DNA of 64,000 nucleotides from a virus: IMG/VR virus record IMGVR_UViG_3300045988_096839; one strand, 5' to 3'. Shown piece by piece: positions 59,888 to 64,000 of this stretch (position 1 is its first letter; each line of letters starts with the position of its first letter). The notes under the pieces were generated by a model. It saw only the letters and a program-made list of their open reading frames with translations, ran no database searches and was not told where the DNA came from. The position numbers and the translations under genes were made by a program.

Positions 59888-62383
59888 TTACTTCTCACCT
59901 GCGACCTTATTCTTGATTGCGGTACGAGCTTTTAATTTTTCACGTTCCATTGCAGCATCATTATTCATCTTTTGAAGTTGAGTTTCATGCTTCATACGGT
60001 CACGTTCCAACTACATCTTTTTATTTTCAATTTGTTTCTTATTCTCTGAATCTCTTAATTTAGCATTAAGCTCCATTTGTTTTGCAGATTCGTCTGCAAT
60101 TTGTTTTCTTTCAGCCAATGCTTGTTGTGCAATTTCCATTACATCAGGAATACCATTATCATTCTGATCTAAGTCTTGTAAACCTTTATATGCATTTAAT
60201 TGTGCAACAGTAATCTTAGTTTGAGAATCTGTATCAATCTTATACTTTTCTAATTCGAGTTCTGCTTCTTTAAGCATAAGTTCTTCTTCTTTAACTCTAT
60301 TCTGTTCAGCAATCAATTGTTGTTGAGCTTCCTGCTCAGCTTGTTGTTGCTGTTGCATTTGTTCCATACGTTTCTGTTCAATATCTTCAAGTCTATCTTT
60401 AATCATATTAATGTTATCCATTGTAATAATTTCTGCGATATCTAACAGGCTTGCTCCATTTTGCATAGCAGGTTGTAACAACTGTTTTAACTGATCTAAG
60501 TCTTGTCTATTCTTTGTACTATCTTCTACAAACACATCCATATCTGAATAGAAGAAATCATCAGATAAAGTAATGAAAGCTCTAGTAGCATCATCTAAGA
60601 TATAGTTAAGACACGTTTTATTATCTTTCCATGCTACCTTAGCGGTATCCAATAACATTGTTAAAACTTCTTTTTTGACCTGATTATGTGTCCAAAACCA
60701 CGGTTCGGTAATATGATACGACTGAGTAATAGCTTGTGTGGTATTACCTACCAATTCGCTTGCCGCAATGGATCCTTGTCTCTAAGGAGTAATACCAGTT
60801 AATTTGGCTACCATATCTTCGATCTTAGCCATAAGATTAACATACTAGTCAATTATATTAGCCATACTTAAATCCCATGATTGGAACTGATTAAAGGTTG
60901 CAGGTCTACCACCTTCTCTACCTGGAACATCCCATCCTTCTTCATAAGGATTGATAAATGCTACACCTAATGCTCCTAAGTAATGCATCCATTTATTTAC
61001 ATCAATACCCATGGATTTCGGTATCTAAGTAACATCTACTACAGGTACTTTACCTTTATCTCTGGACATAGCTAATTCTAATCGATACCAAACTACAATA
61101 TACATATACTGTAACGGTTTCATCATACTAACCAAAGATCTAGGTTTACTATTAGTATTATTATAAAGTACACCAGTATATGGTAATTTTGATGAATTAG
61201 GATTATCTGCAGATATGTGTTGATATTCCAAAGGTTGAATTCCGATATATAAATCATCACCAATTCTATAACCTTCCCATACTTCTATAATCCATTTCCA
61301 ATCTACAGATTCTTCTTCACCAGTTACTTTGTAATCTTCATCTACTTGATATTCTTCTATTTCTCCAGTTTCTTCATTTATCAAAGTAACAAATCCAATC
61401 TTCTTGAAAGATTTCCAACAACAATGATAAACTGTAATCTAATCAGTATCAAATGGATTATCTGTAAAACTATTTAATTTATGAAGTTTTACGTGATTAT
61501 AATCTAATTCTGATTTACCTACTTGAGGAGTCATACCTGAACCTGGTTTTTCATCGATTAATTCAAGTAACTCGTTTAATTGTTTTTCTGACATCTTATC
61601 ATAGAAGCGGTCATATATTTCTGTTGCAGACATAATCATCTTTCTACAACACCATGCTGCATCGTGAATATATTCCAAATCTACAGATTTTTCATAATCG
61701 AAATACATCGGATTAACTCTTTCTACATAAGGTTGCCCATTACGAATACCAACATAATATATTTCCTCGCCACCGATTAAAGCATCTTTCCATCCTTTAT
61801 AAAATTCATGAGGAAGATTTAATTTACGTTTCAAATACTATAATGTATGATAAGCTGTTCGTTCTGCGATATCTTTGTAATCTTTAGTTAAATACTTCTG
61901 TATTGCTTCTGGTTGCATTACTTCACCAGTTTGTAAAGCTTCTTGATATCTTTGAGCATTCTCTGGACTTAATTTAGCCATTATACTAGACTGTATATAA
62001 TCCATTAACATTTGTTTAGCTTTCTCTTGTAATTCACTAGTAGCTTCATCACTAGTTCTACATACTTGAAAATTAAACGAACGTTTTGTTTCTTCACCTA
62101 ATAATTGGTCTATATAAGGTTTAATTATATTATAATCTTGAGCTGTTGCTGGAAATCCATCTTGTTGTTTAAACGGATTAGTAACATATTTCAAATCTCT
62201 TTCATCATATATACTATTATAAAGATCGTAATATGTTTGCATTTCCGAAGCTCTCTCGCTATTAAAACCACTATGACCAGTATTACCAGACCTAGCTATG
62301 TAATCAATACAAGCTTCTTTCCAATCCTAATTCTTCTTAGACATTGGTAATTTTTGTGGTGGAAATGATTTTAAATCTTTCAT
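59888..62383 (-). CDS. portal protein (831 aa)
   Basis: Track ORFs 60011.., 61025.., 61439.. and 61838.. are in one frame, with 7 TAG and no TAA/TGA in the hand-checked gaps. ATG 62381-62383 lies 2 nt after the TerL stop. Ends in TAA 59888. Size, position next to TerL and the Gln/Glu-rich C-terminal coiled-coil barrel (EQMQQQQQAEQEAQQQLIAEQ) fit a P22-like portal. Confidence 0.65.
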
Positions 62384-62385
62384 AA

Positions 62386-64000
62386 TTAATTAGTAAATGT
62401 ATATACATTATCATCGTTAAACTTTACTGGACTTTCGTCATCAAACCAATTTTGCGCAAATATTGGTCCATCAAAAAGTAAACGACTCTTGTTTTCTTTT
62501 TCTTTTTCTTTTACTACTACATTAAATAATTGTTCACGATAAATCATTACCTACATTAGAGCCATGACTCTATCGGTATTTATTATATCGTTGTATGCAA
62601 TTAATTCCTCTAATAGTGGTTCAGATAGTATGTTGTATAAGTTCTTTTTACCATCAGCATTTATATCATTCAACCAGTCTTTTATTAATCCTTCACCCCA
62701 AGCTTTAATTGATTTGTTCATATGGCAACCTTTCTTTCTCTATACTTTAGAGTTACCAACAATATCATTGATTATATCTGGTTGATCTGCTAGTAAATAA
62801 TCACAATGCTTATTAGCAAAGTAAACGAATAAACCTTTATTCTGATTTTCATACATTGCTCTGGCATTATAGTATATCAACAACTTACGAATATTTTCGT
62901 AGAAGTCATCTGCTGCTTGAGGTCTACCAGTATATTCTGCAACAATTATATCTGAATAAGATTCTATATTCTATATTCTTTTATATATGATACACGAACC
63001 TAATGAATTTGTTCCTGACTAATCATGGTCATATGGGTCAATTCCTGCAATATATAAACCAAATGGTGCATCTTTCATAGGATGTTCCCATATAACTATA
63101 GAACCAGTAGGATCATCATCTTTATTTAGAGGATAATGTGTAATATCTCCTGTCTTTTTAATTACCCAACTAATATTTCCATCAGGTGTTTGTACTAAAT
63201 CACCTATTTGTTTATGATTCTATAGCTGTTTATTTGTACGTATTCTAGCCAACTATTCCTATAGCTCTTTCTTAGGAAATATGTTTCCTCCAAATTCCAA
63301 ACAAGCTTCTGCTGGAGTAATACATCTTTCACAAACGTATCTATCTACTGCTACTGAATTAGTAGCATTTTGTATCATTTCTTTACGTTGTTCTAATATA
63401 AAATCTAGAGAAGGTTTACGTAATGTATTACCATCATTATCCATGTAAATACGATTACCTTTATCATCTCTAATATCCATATTAGCATACTATGGTATAA
63501 AGAATCCACATGTACTAGTTACTGCATTTTCATCCCATATATTCTATAATTCTATACAGTTATATCCTTTTGGTTTATAGAACATATCTTTTAATGTAGC
63601 AAAGTTTGATTCTTCATCTCCACCAGTACCAAATGCTATCATAGTACCAAATGCTATACTATCGACTTCGACAGACGGTCTAGCAATTTGCCATGCTGCG
63701 CCTAATTCTTTAAATGAACCAGCTTCTTCAAATAAGATTAGTTTTGCTTTTTTACCACGGACTATATCAGGATTATCCTTAAGAGTAACACCAATTATTT
63801 CTGATTTATATCCTAATTCTACTTCATTACCAAATTCATCTTTAGTAAAGAATCCAGCTCTTTTACGCATTGCTGTATTAACAGATCTCTTCTTACCCCA
63901 TGCAGTATTCTTATCGATAAAGTCCATATAATCCCATGCTTTAGTAAGAATGCCATCGTCTGTTAAGTATTGTTTATTTGAAGCATACACATAAGATTTA
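62386..64000 (-). CDS. terL: terminase large subunit (3' portion; 5' end beyond the window)
   Basis: Track ORFs 63259.. and 63544.. plus the hand-translated 62386-63258 are in one frame, with 9 TAG and no TAA/TGA. Walker B-like KLILFEEAG, coupling motif MIAFGTGG, and RNaseH-like nuclease GLYIAGIDPYDHD. Ends in TAA 62386. The frame is still open at base 64000. Confidence 0.8.

Noticed and set aside
6269-62785. Plus-strand track ORFs inside the late block, for example 6561..6983, 7315..7566, 8806..9063, 20667..21155, 28398..28622, 38311..38589, 45647..46902, 53290..53550, 55456..55759, 57556..57970 and 62105..62785.
   Set aside because: They are antisense to long coherent minus-strand frames. 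They are low-complexity (Phe/Ile/Leu/Ser-rich, as expected from antisense AT-rich coding sequence) and have no motifs or sensible starts.
4309-64000. The fragmented minus-strand ORFs could mean a decaying, pseudogenised prophage or a poor assembly.
   Set aside because: All of the roughly 180 interrupting stops are TAG and none is TAA or TGA. Frames never shift between fragments. Motifs continue across the stops. Gene junctions remain compact (ATGA, TAAnnATG). Random decay would give mixed stop types and indels.
4309-64000. TGA or TAA might be the reassigned codon instead, as in code 4-type recoding.
   Set aside because: Every reconstructed gene terminates in TGA or TAA, often overlapping the next start, and neither occurs inside any joined frame.
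1-64000. CRISPR arrays, rRNA genes, integrase/att sites or transposase-type mobile elements.
   Set aside because: I noticed no spaced direct-repeat arrays, no rRNA-like conserved stretches and no recombinase motifs in any frame I read. The only mobile-type genes are the two homing endonucleases.

Overview
AT-rich dsDNA phage segment whose gene content and order look like a crAss-like (Crassvirales-type) podophage. Bases 1-4228 (+ strand) hold the end of an early replication/recombination block: primase Toprim part, DUF1064-like nuclease, AAA+ ATPase, metallophosphoesterase and RecB/Cas4-like exonuclease. This block reads cleanly in the standard code. A bidirectional terminator lies at about 4231-4268. 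From 4309 to the window end there is one convergent minus-strand late block. In transcription order it carries TerL (partial), portal, a capsid module, connector-like genes, a tail-fibre and receptor-binding cassette, endolysin, holin/spanin, a tail-hub-sized giant and three very large virion proteins. One of these is a 5,047-codon frame with a beta-prime-like RxPT...DFDID RNA polymerase motif. The six-frame track fragments this block only because roughly 180 in-frame TAG codons (my hand count) interrupt it. After translating essentially all gaps between same-frame track ORFs by hand, I found no internal TAA or TGA in any joined frame. Every gene ends in TAA or TGA. TAG is therefore a sense codon in the late genes, most likely Gln. 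Two TAG-free homing-endonuclease genes and a TAG-free receptor-binding cassette sit inside the recoded block. I saw no rRNA, tRNA or CRISPR array. All product names rest on motif recognition by eye; no searches were run, and coordinates of joined genes come from hand translation.
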